Shown one piece after another: positions 26,571 to 40,326 of a DNA stretch of 64,000 nucleotides. The stretch is from Eledone cirrhosa (taxonomy: Eukaryota), in the NCBI GenBank assembly GCA_964016885.1, contig OZ024743.1:149792001-149856000 (forward strand). The letters run 5' to 3'. The notes below the pieces were generated by a model. The model ran no database searches and was not told the DNA's origin. It saw only the letters and a program-made list of their open reading frames with translations. Positions within the stretch are counted from its first letter, which is position 1; the number at the start of each line of letters is the position of its first letter. Position numbers and translations under genes: made by a program.

Positions 26571-27529
26571 ATCCCATTATCAACCAACATCCATCCATCC
26601 ATACATACACACATGCATATGAGGATGAGCATGTAATTACATGCATATAACAGCAATTATATATCTACAAAGTTAAGATTTATGCTTTCATATACTTAAA
26701 TGCAAATAAATGCTTATGGCTATTTGTATGTGTGCTTGTATGTATGAGCATCTTAATATATATTTTTCATGACTAGTGCCTAACGGAAGTTACACTGAGT
26801 TGTTCTGTGCACATGAGTCAAGATCATGAGAGCAAACAATGCAACCATGCACACACACACATACACACACACACACATATATATATATATATGGGGAGGC
26901 AGCAGTATTTCTGTTGGAGTTTATGTGTTGGTTGAAGTATGATGCTATTTGGGAAAGTTTGTGTGTAAGTGCATATGCATGCTTACAGGTATTCCTATGC
27001 ATACACACACACATGCACATACATATACACTTAAACACAGATGCACATATATGTCAGATTGAAAATTACAAAGGTCAAAGAAACCTCAGGAATTCAAACA
27101 TCTTCATGTAGTATGATGTAATTAGGGAGTTATTAGTTCTTAACATCTGCTAATGATTGAGCAGGAAGTGTCTAAATGTAGGTTTGTGAATTGAAATGTT
27201 TATCATATCTTCACTATTGAATCAAAAGTTGTGGAAATGTGCAATATTAGCATAAAGACTTTAATGTTTAATGTCATGCAGGCATTGTGTTATGTTATAC
27301 TTTTCCAGAACATTTTACTAATGCATTTTGTATCTTTGCGTGGTACAGTTCTTTCTCATATCTTTTTTGAGTTTCAGCCTTCTGAGATCAACTTTCACCA
27401 ATGTCTTCCTCTACTGTATATATAATTGATTGAGCACTCAATACAGATGTATAGTGCAAATTATATTTTTAAAGCAGAAAAGTCACAATAACTTTGAGGT
27501 TTCAGCTTGGTTGCATCATATATATGAAA

Positions 27530-27680
27530 ATCTTCCTTTCAGTTTTCACCTACCAAATTCACTTGCAAAGCATTGGTCAGCTCAAGGCTATAGTTGATGA
27601 CACTTTACCAAATTGCAATGCTGTGGAACTGAACCTGAAACCTTGTTGTTTCAAAGTGGGCTTTTTAATTTTGCAGCCCT
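27530..27680 (-). mobile_element. Head of SINE family C (diverged, CpG-decayed)
   Basis: CTTCCTTTCAGTTTTCACCTACCAAATTCACT...GGCTATAG...GAACTGAACCTGAAACC. Homologous to 3669-3820. Further remnants at about 40770-40855, 48755-48885 and 53411-53520. Confidence 0.65.
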
Positions 27681-28692
27681 GACAAATACATGGAATCAAT
27701 ATTTTCAAATTGATCAACCTACTTTTAATCTATAAGAGGCCTCTTTCCCCATTTGAATACAAGAATTTTGTATTCTGTTAGCCATAATTTTTATATCTGG
27801 AACTACTATGTAAAAGGGTATCTATTTACAGAGATTAAATCTTATATCTTCCATTAAGTTAGCCATTTTCGTTAAAGATGTAACTTCCTTATAGCTACAC
27901 AAGTAAAGCTATCAAATACTTAGCTTTACAATGCTGATTTCAACTATAGGGTGTTGTACCCTTAGATTAGGCACTTTAATCTACTTGCCTCAGTTATTAG
28001 TGAGAAAAATCTATATCACTTTCACTTCAAGGCTCATTGGTTAGTGTTAAGGAACTCTGTTCAAGTGTGCAATGATTTGCTCACAAACTACTTGCAAATA
28101 TCTAAATACGCAGGTTTATCCAACCTATGTTATCCTTGAAAACACAAATGCATATAAAGTCTTTACAGCAACTATTAGACCAAAACCTGTTTCTTGCAAT
28201 CTTTCATTCCACATATTGCATCCATATATTCCTGTATTGTTCCATTTGCATAATATAGATCTAAAGCTAACATTTTTCTGTAAAATAAATACCCTATCTC
28301 AGAAGCAACCACCTGAAGCCAACAAAGAAAACTCTATATGGTCACTCAACTTGCTAAAAATAGCAGTTAAATTTCTCTCAGATCACACCTTATCATTTAA
28401 AAAGAAGAAAAGAAAATACTATAAATAATGTAGACTTAGATACACTATGCCTGAAGTATGATGGGTTTGTCACAGGACTGACTTTGGAATAATCATCAGC
28501 AACAACCAACCACTTCTGCATTTACATATTTCTGATTATGCTTCACAAAATATCATAAGGGTCCACATGAGCATTGATAACACAATGTACTCTCTCATAC
28601 ACATCTTCACTTATTCTCCCATTTTATTTCACTTCTACTACTGAATTACAATAGATTTATGCCAATAATAATACTTACATACATACATACAA

Positions 28693-28727
<35 letters not shown>

Positions 28728-28829
28728 ATATTTTCTGTTTTGCAATCTCATTATCACACCTGGTAACTTTATTAGTCATGTTGGGCAACACTTGCTCACT
28801 TCTTTAGTGTTTATGAAATTTTCAGATAG

Positions 28830-29499
28830 CTCCCTAGAAGTAGTTGATAGCTTTGCTTACATATTTTCTTACATGTTTTTCTTACATAATTATTAGTGGA
28901 GGTGGGTGTTCCCAAAGCACAGTATCCTGTGTAGCTATAAGATAGAAGCAGTTCAGGAAGCTATTTCTTTTACTGGTAATAAAAAGTTTTTCCCTCAGAG
29001 TGTAAGGTAGATTGTATGATACCTGTATGTGAATGTAGTAAGCTGGTATGAGCATGTGATGCATATAGAGAATGATAGCTATTTAAAGGAATATAGGGTA
29101 CTCAAAGTGGATGAAGTCTGTGTAAGAGGTAGACTTAAGTAAACATGGGGAAGTATGGTGACAATTGATCTCAAAATACTAAGCCTGATAAAGGGGAAGG
29201 CAAATGTGCTACAAAAGAATGCTTCTAGCAAAATGGTTGTCGAAAACAAAGGGGAAAACGTAAGTTTGAAAGGACCCTTTAGTCTGGCCAAAGAACTGAC
29301 AACCTCTCTATTGTTAGTGCTACAATAAAAGGCATTCAATACACTCTGTAAAGTGTTAATCTAGCCATTGAAAACATGCTAAAAATGGAATGTGCAAGTG
29401 AGATGTGGTACTCTGAGCTGTCATAAAATATAACTCTGAATAAGAATCTAAGCCATGCCAATATGAAAAGCAGGCATAAATGTTAAAGATGATGATGAT
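28830..29499 (+). pseudogene. Old, internally deleted RTE copy related to the 20008 element
   Basis: SLEVVDSFAY...IISGGGCSQSTV...KQFRKLFLLL.IKSFSLRV*GRLYDTC...WYEHVMHIEND...RGRLK*TW. Ends in GATGATGAT. Confidence 0.8.
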
Positions 29500-29916
29500 T
29501 TTGTTATGTTCAGATATGTGACATAATCAATAGACTGTGAGTCATCTTTCCCTTCAGTATTTAGTTATCTCCCTTTGAATTTTGTGTCTAAATCCCACAA
29601 GGTTTTGCAGGATCTCCTTTTTATTATTTTGAGGTTGATAGAATAAATACCAGTCAAGTACTGAGATTAGATTTCTTAGGTAAAAATTATTAGCTTTATA
29701 GGACATCAGACTAAAAGCCAAGCAGAAGTTAATTACATCGATTTACATCATCATGTGAAATCCATCTTGGATAGATTTTGCCTTTCACTTTTTTAGGACT
29801 TTTGAATTTACGTTATACAGCATTTGAATCTATATATACATATATACATCTATGTTGCATACATCTATGTTGCTTTCATATTTCTCATGATTATTGCTGT
29901 TATTAGTATTATAATG

Positions 29917-31101
29917 ATGGTGGATTGGCAGAATCATTGGATCTTTGGACAAAATATTTTGTCGCATTTAGTCCTTTATGTTCTGTGTTCAAATTTCAGC
30001 TTTGCCGTTCATCCTTCCAAGGTAGATAATATAAAGTACCCATAAATTATAAGGGTTGATATAATCAATTTTCCCCTCCCCAAAAAATTGTTGGCCTTGT
30101 GCCTAAATTTAGAAATCATTATTATTAAAGTGGTGGATTGGTAAAGTCCTTAGTGTGGCTGACAATTGTCCTGACATTTTGTGCAATCAGTTTAAATCAG
30201 GAGTGTGTAACATATTCCATTGGCGGGCCACTTTTGAACAACTTTCCTCTCCGCACAAAAATTGCTGGCTTTGTGCCTAAATTAGAAATTGGCAGTATCG
30301 TTGGCAGTATCGTTAGAACATCAGGCATCATGCTTTGCAGCATATAGTTATGGCCCTTTACATTCTGAATTCAAATCCCGCCGAGGTTAACTTTGCCTTT
30401 CATCCTTACGGGGTCGATAAAATAAAGTACCAGTTACACACAGGGGTCGATTGTATCGACTTTGCCCTCTCCCAAAATTGCTGGCCTTGTGCCTATATAA
30501 GAAACCATTATTATTATCGGTAGAGAGTCGGACACCATGCTTTCCAGCATAGTTACGTCCCTTTAGGTCTGAGTTCAAATCCCGCCGAGGTTTACTTTGC
30601 CTTTCATCCTTACAGGGTTGATAAAATAAAGTACCAGTAATACACTGGGTAATTGCTGGCCTTGTGCCTAAAGTAGAAACAATTATTATTATCATTAGGT
30701 TAACATTGCCTTTCATCCTTACGGGGTCGATAAAATAAAGTACCAGTAATGCACTGGGTAATTGCTGGCCTTGTGCCAAAAGTAGAAACACATTATTATT
30801 AGTGCAGTGGAATGGTAAGGGCAGGGAGGTGGCAGAAATTATAGAACTACAGAACAATACTATTTCAGGAATTATAGCAATGTCATGATGGCAGTATCGG
30901 TAGAGGGTCGGACGCCATGCTTTGCAGCATAGAGTTACGGCCCTTTATGATCTGAGTTCAAATCCCGCCGTGGTTAACGGCGGGATTTGAACTCAGCCGT
31001 GGTTAACTTTGCCTTTCATCCTTACGGGGTCGATACATAAAGTACCAGTAATACACTGGGTAATTGCTGGCCTTGTGCCAAAAGTAGAAACAATTATTAT
31101 T
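29917..31101 (+). mobile_element. Head-to-tail cluster of at least six SINE family A copies of different ages
   Basis: Copies at about 29917-30125, 30130-30290, 30290-30515, 30516-30693, 30697-30800 and 30889-31101, all on the + strand, mostly joined through ATTATT tails. Confidence 0.9.
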
Positions 31102-31364
31102 TATATGTAGATAATATACATTGTTGCTAATTTATATAGGTAGCGGTATGATTATTTCATTTAGAAATTTGGTTTACAACCTCAGCACCTTAGGCAAATA
31201 TCTTCTGTTAAAGTGCCAGGGTGATCCATGCTTTATTAGTAAATGTGGTAGACAGAGACTGTATAAAAGCCTGTTGTGTATAGATATATATATATGTGTG
31301 TATATGTGGGGGTGGGGGTTTCATCAGTGAGTGATTTTGCTTTGCATTTGACACCTCTTGTGCA

Positions 31365-31461
31365 GGCAGTAATGTCTGCATGTGGGCAGTAATGTCTGCA
31401 TGTGGGCAGTAATGTCTGCATGAGGACACATGCAGGCAGTAATCTCTGCATGTGTCCTCAT
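31365..31461. repeat. 20-bp minisatellite x3 ending in a 16-bp perfect hairpin
   Basis: GGCAGTAATGTCTGCATGTG repeats. Stem ATGAGGACACATGCAG (31420-31435) / CTGCATGTGTCCTCAT (31446-31461). Confidence 0.88.
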
Positions 31462-31519
31462 AAACAATATGTTTTAGAGTTCAGCAGTTTGACCTATAGA
31501 TATAAGTACCTTAATTTAA

Positions 31520-31704
31520 CCCTTTAGCATATACATTACTCTTATCGAATCTATAAGATGTTATTTATTTTAAGAACAATATCTAAACGTCAGTATTTTA
31601 AGAACAATATCTAAACGTCAGTATGAGCAGTTGGTTATAACCAGTTTAAACAGAAAGAGGTGAGAGAATGCTGGCCAAATATGGCCGGTTTAAATGCTAA
31701 AGGG
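31520..31704. mobile_element. piggyBac-type (TTAA) non-autonomous element
   Basis: TTAA-CCCTTTAGCAT...ATGCTAAAGGG-TTAA. Internal 28-bp tandem duplication at 31566-31621. Relative at 50309-50470. Confidence 0.82.
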
Positions 31705-32349
31705 TTAAAATGAATAAGAGTGGGTATCTGCAAAGACATCAGACTCAAGAATACTGCCTTAATAAAGTTTCATCCAACCCATGCAGCCATGAAAATGGTG
31801 ATGATGATATACTTTCCATTTAATTCAGAACTTTCACACCTGAGAAATTTTGTGTATACCAAAATAGATTTCTTCATGATGTTTTCATTTTATATATACT
31901 TTTCTTTTTCACCACCAGAAAAATAGAATAAAATAATAAAACACACAGCATGGCCACAGACTAAGAGAATTAAAAAGAACAATTATATTTAATAATAGAA
32001 GATATATATATTTATTTTCTTTACCATGTGGTTATAATAATGATAATATTATTAAAAACAAGCAACAAAAAAAATAATAATGTATACTAAAGCATTAACA
32101 CAAAATATAAAGAAAACCAAATAGAAAAAGTGCTTAAAAACATGCAATAAAGACGATGTTGCTCCCCATTGAACTACAAGGAGGTTTGGAGATGGAGGGA
32201 GGCAACTGATAAGTGCTTGTTGCAAAATGATGCGAGATTTAATAAAGGAAACCAATGAACACAGAGATTGAATTTAATATTTCGTCATTGCTTTTATTTT
32301 TCATATTGCTTTTTTTTTTTTTATATATGCATGTATGTATATATGCATT

Positions 32350-32407
<58 letters not shown>

Positions 32408-32442
32408 TATATGTATATATAAATGTATGTATATATATATGC

Positions 32443-32491
<49 letters not shown>

Positions 32492-33913
32492 TTGTATATA
32501 TGTATGCATATATATAAATGCACGCACACTCACACACATACACACACACACATATTTATATATATATATATATTTATATAACAATTGTATTAAGTATCAT
32601 ATGAAAGCAGAGCAGCTGGGAACTGATACATTAAAGAAAACCATAATGAAAAAGGTCCTTGGTTGTTATTTAAGGGTTGAAAAAGATGACATTGGGTTAT
32701 TTAGGAACCTTTATTTTATGGATTTCTTTTACATTTATTTTTAGTTATTTCTTCTTCTTCTTCTTCTTCTTCTTCTTCTTCTTCTTCTTCTCACCACTAC
32801 CACACAAACCCCACCCACACCACCATCATCATCATCATCATCATCATCGGTGCTACTCTCTGTTTTTTATTTTGCTCTATTTCTTTTATGGTCTAATTCT
32901 GTGCACCTGTTTATCTGGCTCTTGAAATTCACTTAAAAAAAGGTTATTCGGTTGTTATTTTGATCTGTACATATGTATATGTGTGTGTGCGTGTGTGTGT
33001 GTGTGTGTGTGTGCGCATGTATGTGTATGTGTGTGTTGAGGAATTTGTTTTCATACATTCATTTCCATTTAATTATTATGTTAATTTGTTTTTAATTATA
33101 ACTTTGCTGAAAACACCATTCATGAATTTTCTGCCCCTTAATGAATTGTAGGGAGGATGGGGGGGGGGGGGGGGGGGGTAGTAGCAGTTTTGTGGTTGGT
33201 TATGGTGGTGGTGTAAGAAGCTGGGTAGCATGTTAGCTTAGTCATTTTAGTTTGTGCTGCACTGATTAAGCAATGAATGATTCGAATCTTGTCTCCATTC
33301 CTTGGAAAACCCTTCTACTTCTACTGCATCTCCCTAGCTAACACTGCAATAACAGCCGCAAATACTTAAAGCATCCCAGGGTAATTGAATCGTGCATTTC
33401 AATTATGACAACATGCAAGGTGGTGGTGGTGGTGGTGGTGATGGGGAGGGGTTAATTGAATTACATATTAATTAAAACTACCAAATAGTATGCGGTGGTG
33501 GTGGTGTGGGGCATGATCAGGCAGATGGGCATAAAAATATTTCATTTTCAAAGCTGCCTTCTGTCAGTTTGTTTGTTTTATCAGCTGTTTCCTTGAAGTA
33601 ACAAGCAGGATCATGCTTCATCTACTGTTGTTGAAGTGGTGGTTATCATTAGGGAGATGCAGTAAGCAAGCAATAGAACATATGCCTTCTTGATCTTTGC
33701 ACACCATTGCTTTTCATGCAGCCGGCATATGAGTAGTAGTTGACATAGCCAAACAAAAAATACAGATAATATATTAGATTCAGTCAATTGACTTTTGTTT
33801 CTCTTAGTTTGCTAAAACATCTTGCCAACAGACGTTAGCGTTGCTGATTTCTGATGAAAAGGTTTGAGTGGCCTTACTATTGCTGATTCATTCTGTATAC
33901 ACACACATACATG

Positions 33914-33964
<51 letters not shown>

Positions 33965-33965
33965 A

Positions 33966-34007
<42 letters not shown>

Positions 34008-34415
34008 AGGTTTGTCTGGAAAGCATCCAAACTTCTGGAGCATATGTGTGATGCCCAACACCCCGGTCATAAAAAAAAACAAAATAGCAGACATCATTGT
34101 ATTGGTCTTGCTCAACACCTGATGTGCTTTTGCTGGCTTTAGTAACTTTGGATGCTGTCATTATAATTACTGAGCTTTTGTTTCTAGGTTGTACCCATAC
34201 ATTCATGTCTATCTCATCTCCAGTTATAGTATTCAGGAATTCAGGATCCCTGTTGACAATATCAGGCGAAATAAAAATTTGATGAGTAAATAGTACAGCA
34301 CCTTACATGTTAGCTGTTTGACAGTGACTAACTTAACCAGTAAGCACACTAAAAATCTTGCATGTACCTGAATGTACATATTGCTCTATTCAGCACATTT
34401 CTGTTTCCTCTACAC

Positions 34416-34600
34416 CAGGGTTTCCCAAATTTTTTTAAACACGGAACCCTTTTTCCGTTTGCAAACTTTTGGGGGAACCCCAAAGTCTAATACTATTATA
34501 TAGTCATAATATAAATATACTCCTCTACTTTTTTCATGGAACCCCAGGCACTCCTTTGAGGAACCCTTGGGTTACGTGGAACCCACTTTGTGAACCACTG
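34416..34600. mobile_element. hAT (Charlie-like) MITE with perfect 8-bp TSD
   Basis: TSD CTCTACAC at 34408-34415 and 34601-34608. TIRs CAGGGTTTCCCAAA / TTTGTGAACCACTG. Repeated subterminal GGAACCC motifs. Confidence 0.9.
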
Positions 34601-37600
34601 CTCTACACAATTACTACTCATGGTAAAAAATAAATTCAGATACTATTTTGACAGACCTCTCATATACTATATCATCGTTTTTATATCATCTTTTCCATGC
34701 TATGCTAGATGATATATTTTGAGGTAATGTTTTATTGAAGCCAATTTTTTTAGTCATCTCTTATGGCATGCAGCGATACAGTGGACCTCATATATATATA
34801 TATATGTCACCATCATTATCATTTAACATCACTCCTTAGTATCTATTCTCACCATCACTGTACACCCTCACTCTATTGGAGATCACCCACTCCCCATACA
34901 CTCATCATCTTCACAAATCCCACCACACTTGCCATAGACCCATGACATCATACATATCTTCCTTCTTACCTCCCCCCATCGTATCCCCGCTTCCTGTGGA
35001 TACAGGGGTTTCTTCAGTTGACTCACTGAATAACCTCTCTAGTACTGGTGCTCAATGAAATGCACTAAGTACACTGTAAAATAGTTGATATTAAGCCTGC
35101 CATAGAAGCCATGCCAAAAAAAGAGTTGAGTAGGCCCTCCAAAAATTGCACTCAGTAGACCCTCTAAGGTATTTAGTGATAGGGTAGAATTCAGCTGTCG
35201 AATCCATATAAAAAAGGCTCAAGCAGACTCTTCATTTGTGACAAAGACAAGATAAGATCCCTAATGCTGGTGACATGATAAACTACACCCAGTACATTTT
35301 GTAAATATGCACAATTTAAAAAATCAGTTACTACATGAATGAATGACTATAAAATAATTAGAAAAACACTACAAATATTTAAAAATGGAAAAGAAAGGGA
35401 GAAGCAGAGGCTCTAGGGCCACAGAAGAATTGGAGGGTGAAGGGTGGAGAGTGATGGGCACTGGGCCTTAGGATGGCAGTGTTGGAGCTGCGCCCTTTGG
35501 ACAAGACAGCAAAGGCATTTCTGCAGATAATGGCCAGTGATACCCACTGCAACAGCTACCCCACCTCACAAGGCTAATTCTTTAGTCGGGCTGCTAACAC
35601 TCCGATCTTACAGAGGAGCTTGGCAGTATGGGTGGTTGTTGATAGGAAAGGCTTCCAACAATAGAAAACTTGTCAAACAAAGGATTGAGAGGACTACATA
35701 TGTGTTAAAGACATGACTACCTCCCTACTGTTGTTGCTATATTTAAATGCACTCAGCCACACTTGTTGAGTGCAGTAATGTATTTAAGTAAAATGCTACA
35801 CCCCCAGCCCATCTGAGAGGTCAGTAGCTTCAATTAAGTATTGAATAGATGTTATTTCAAAACTTTTCTAGGCAATAATTTATGGGTATTATAAAGAATG
35901 CGCAAATTTCCCTGTGTTCTTTTCTCATTTTATTGATATATATGTATAATTGTGCATATAGTGTATACATATAATTGTGTATATATACATCTAATAAGAA
36001 TATACATTGTTCTTGCATCTTATCTGTGTACAGTATTATTTTCTATCTACCTGTAACTCCAAAGCATTTCCAAAATTCATCAAGATTTTCTCATGCTTCC
36101 AAAACTTTCTTTATGTTTAGTAGATTAATCATTATTCCTTCTGCACTACATTATAGAAATTTAAATATGAATCAGCATCTCTCTCTTCTTTGCTTAAACT
36201 TTAATCTGTTATTTTAATAAATATTTGCTCTAGGGTTTTATATATTTTATATATATATTATCCTTATCGAGCCTTCTTCAGATTTTAGTCTTCACATTTA
36301 TTATTATTACTATATATATATATTGTTTTTATCTTAAGTGAAAGTTGATGAAATGTCCTAATCATTAGGGCATAGAATTAAAAAAGCCTTAGTATTTCTT
36401 CTGGTTCACTGCTCTTTGAGTTGAAATCCTCTGCCACGCTCAACTTTGTCTTTCAACCTTTCAAGTTTGATAAATAAAGTACCACTCAAGTATTCTGATC
36501 AACTCCTACATATCTTTCTCTGTGAAAGAAATCAGCTATGTTCCTACCTGAAGAGGGACGGGCTCCACCAGGTGTTGTCCTAGCACACTCTGTGTCAGGA
36601 CAGAATCCCTGTGGCTCCATCAGGATTTAAGGGCCCTTTACTTTACTTATTTATCTAAAGTAGAATCAAAATAACATTACAGGTAAGATAACTGATTGTA
36701 ATAGAAGGAGTTTAAACATTGGCATATACATTTAAGAGCTAATTATGTCTGTGCTAGATGTTTTCACCCTATTAGCTAAAGTGTCTTTCTCTATCAGCTC
36801 TGCTACATCTTGATTATGGCCTGGCCATAACCCATAACTGTTTCAGCTCAGAATTCAAATCCTCTCATATATATAACTGAGAGTCCTATAAAACAATAAG
36901 GTTTTTATGCGCCCCACCTTAATAATTCAGTTGGTTAAGGAACTTTATAGAATATCTATGGATAATTGTAAAAAGTACCGCATGAAAAATAAGCATATAT
37001 ATTTACCATATTAAAGAATATATGTTAATTGCCTGAATATGATAGGTAATTTGGGGAGTATAAAATAATTATAATTTAATTCATTTTTTTAAAATTAATA
37101 GTACATAATGAAATGAATTATTAAAAATAATAAAATAAAATAAATATAAATAAACATGTATAACTATATGAATCAAATAAAATAAAAAAATGAATAAAAA
37201 TTAATAGATCACTATGGCAGCATTTGGCTAAAATTATGCATCTCTATGTTCATGCCCAAACACTACAAAAATAGTTTTAAAGAAAGCTTTGATTTGAGAA
37301 AAAGGAAAGAAAAAATTAAGAAATGCAATGTACATATTTCTATATGTATATTTCACTCATTCTTCATTCTTAAGTCCCTATATTAAACAGTTTGTGACTC
37401 TTTCTTTCTTCCTCTATTCCTCTCTTATTCTATATATTTGTAAATGTGTGCATGTGTGTGTGTATATATACATGTGCATATATATGTATGCATAGATACG
37501 TGTGTAAATATGTATATATATATATCTGTGTGCATATGTGAGTTTAAATGTATGTGCATGTGTGTATATATATATATATATACACATATATATGTGTATA

Positions 37601-37652
37601 TATATATATATATATACACATATATATGTGTGTGTGTATGAATGTAATCTAA

Positions 37653-37773
37653 TAGAAAGAGTCAGGGCCCAACAGCTAAGCTCTTGCCATTTCGACAGGT
37701 AATTCCAGATTCTGACTCTGGAATTAGCTGTCAAAATGGCAAGAGCTCAGTGGTCAGACCCTGACTCTTTCTA
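37653..37773. repeat. Palindrome, 57-bp arms, 7-nt spacer
   Basis: Arms 37653-37709 and 37717-37773 with about 8 mismatches. Confidence 0.88.
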
Positions 37774-37883
37774 ATGTAGTCACACTCTACTATCCCCAGT
37801 ATTGAGTACTCTGCTGCTGAATAATACTCTTACTAGTTCAATAATGGTTAAATCCTGATATATGATATATATATATATATACA

Positions 37884-37932
<49 letters not shown>

Positions 37933-37937
<5 letters not shown>

Positions 37938-38051
37938 CACCTTGATCACCTTGATCGACCAGTCTGTCGGGCACCAATTGGCGCCGCTGGTCACAGCACG
38001 TGCTGTTTTAGCCATACGATGACGCCATCCCACTGGCTGGGTGGACAGGCC
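37933..38051 (-). mobile_element. GC-rich ~120-bp insert in (TA)n, probable LINE 3' tip
   Basis: CpG-rich island between TA tracts. The minus strand ends in a short repeat GATCAAGGTGATCAAGGTGGTG. Family not identified. Confidence 0.35.
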
Positions 38052-38088
38052 ATATATATATATGTACATATATATGTATATATATATA

Positions 38089-38479
38089 TATATATTGGTA
38101 AACGGAATAGAAAATGCTGACAAATTGTTCACAGTTGAAAAATGGTTTAATTAGGAATAAAAGAGTATTAGTGATTGTATGGGTTAGTATTCAGTTGTGG
38201 TTTTAAGTTTTTAAGTTTTTACCGGTTGCGCATTTCTAAATGCTTTTCAAAAATAATTTTGAGATAGAGTGTCCAGATCAGAGCAAACACCACGGACACT
38301 CTATCTCAAAATTATTTTTGAAAAGCATTTAGAAATGCGCAACCGGTAAAAACTTAAAAACTTAAAACCACAACTGAATACTAACCCATACAATCACTAA
38401 TACTCTTTTATTCCTAATTAAACCATTTTTCAACTGTGAACAATTTGTCAGCATTTTCTATTTCGTTTACCAATATATA
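38089..38479. repeat. Near-perfect palindrome, 186-bp arms, 19-nt spacer
   Basis: Arms 38089-38274 and 38294-38479 with a single mismatch (38105). Spacer AGATCAGAGCAAACACCAC. Flanked by (TA)n. Confidence 0.97.
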
Positions 38480-38512
38480 ATAACTTGTGTGTTACACCTC
38501 TATTCTTTTAAC

Positions 38513-38543
<31 letters not shown>

Positions 38544-40278
38544 GTGTGTGTGTGTGCATGTACGTGTGTGTGTGCATATATATGTATATAATGTTATTTA
38601 ATTCATAAGAATATTTTTGTTATTCCAAGAGTGTCATTGAAAATGTTATCACTAAATGATAATACAAATGTTATGAGAGTTTCTCATGTTATGAGAGTTT
38701 CTTTTAAGTATGTTTGAAGATATTTTAGGAAAAGAAAAGTTAATAACTTTGATATATTTGTTAATAATCAACATGATACATTATTTATTTGGTGGAATAC
38801 TTGAAAGTGAGTGCTTGAAAGAAAGAAAGAGAGCATATATGCATGCGTGTGTATGTGTTTTAATGAGTACTATGCATATACACCATTAATATCTCAGTTC
38901 ATTATATTAATTTGAAAGTTTCCAGTTTCTGCAAAAGTTTCCAGATCCAGACTAAGGGAGATAATCATCACAGTTAAAATAACTTTTAAAATATTTTAAG
39001 AAATTTAATTTTTTTAAATAACGTATTTTTAAAGAAAACTAAAGAAAATTTAGATTCCTAATTTTCCCATTATTTATTATTTTTTTTTTTTTTTCCTTTT
39101 GTTGTAGCTTTTTTTTTTAATTAATGAAGTTGCCAAAATATATTTTCGAAATATAAATATGTAGTATTAGTATAAATTTAGAAATACTTTTTCTAAGCTT
39201 CAAGTAAATTTTTAATTTCTACTGTATGGTGACTCATTAGTGAAACTTTTAAAATAAATTCTTAAATTTAATTATCAAAAATATAGTGATACTTTTCATC
39301 AAAATTTTTCACCAATTAGTTTAAGAAGAAACCTTTGAATGAGGTCAGAAAAAAGAGATTATATAAAAGCATGTCTGCTTGATGATGATATATACACACA
39401 CACTCATACATAGATGCACACACACACACACATACACAGATGCACACACACACACGCACGCACACACTTACACAGATGTGCACACACACGCACACACAAA
39501 ATGTATATTATGGAATTTGTCTGGAAGAATATTTATTCATTCAACGATATGTATTAATATTTACATATTATTCATTTCAATGAATTGAACAATTATGTAC
39601 ACTAGATTTACATATTCAAATTATATTTTTATGAAAATATAACTTTTTTGAAATGCTTATAATTTCTTTTAGACATTTTATTATTTATACACATACACGC
39701 GCACACACACACACGTACACACACACAGACACACAGAACTTCACACACTCATTTATGTATGTATTCAGGCTATCAATTCTAAATAGATGATTCGATTTTC
39801 ATTGTTTATAGCATAGTATACTTATTTATTTACATCTTCACCATTTTTACATCTGCTTTTCCATGTTGGCATGGGTTGGATGAAACTTTTGGGGGCTGCT
39901 TTTCTATTGCTAATTCATGCATTATTTCCAAGTATGTTATACACTCATCATCTTTATCAAACCGTATATGTGTGTGAGTGTGCATATTATATATATATAT
40001 ACATCGAATACGTTGTGCTCAACTATATGGTAAGCTGCTTCTTTCCATGTTGTTATGCACATCCACTTTACATTACAATAATGTATAGCTGCATACAAAA
40101 ATTGAAAATCTACACCTTGGATATATATATATATATATATATATAATTGTCCTTAACACTAAGACTTATTAAAATAATATAAACAATTCACTATCCAGAT
40201 GGCTTCCAAAAATAATGGTCGCACTTTAAAAGGGTACGTCAAAGCTTATTTGTAAAACTGTTATATATTGTATTTTGT

Positions 40279-40326
40279 CTGATGAAGGCATACCATAATT
40301 TAATTTGGTATCCCTGAAATATGTAT
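40279..40326 (+). ncRNA. Hammerhead-ribozyme-like core (Penelope pLTR type), helix I not well formed
   Basis: CUGAUGA (40279-85), helix II AGGCAUACCA/UGGUAUCCCU (9 of 10 pairs), GAAA (40316-19), quasi-palindromic AUAUGU-A. Confidence 0.5.

Noticed and set aside
33151-33180. Poly-G / G-quadruplex candidate
   Set aside because: It is a simple homopolymer run, common in this window, with no supporting context.
33851-33880. CTGATGA followed by an AAGG/CCTT stem
   Set aside because: There is no GAAA after the stem, so it is not a hammerhead.
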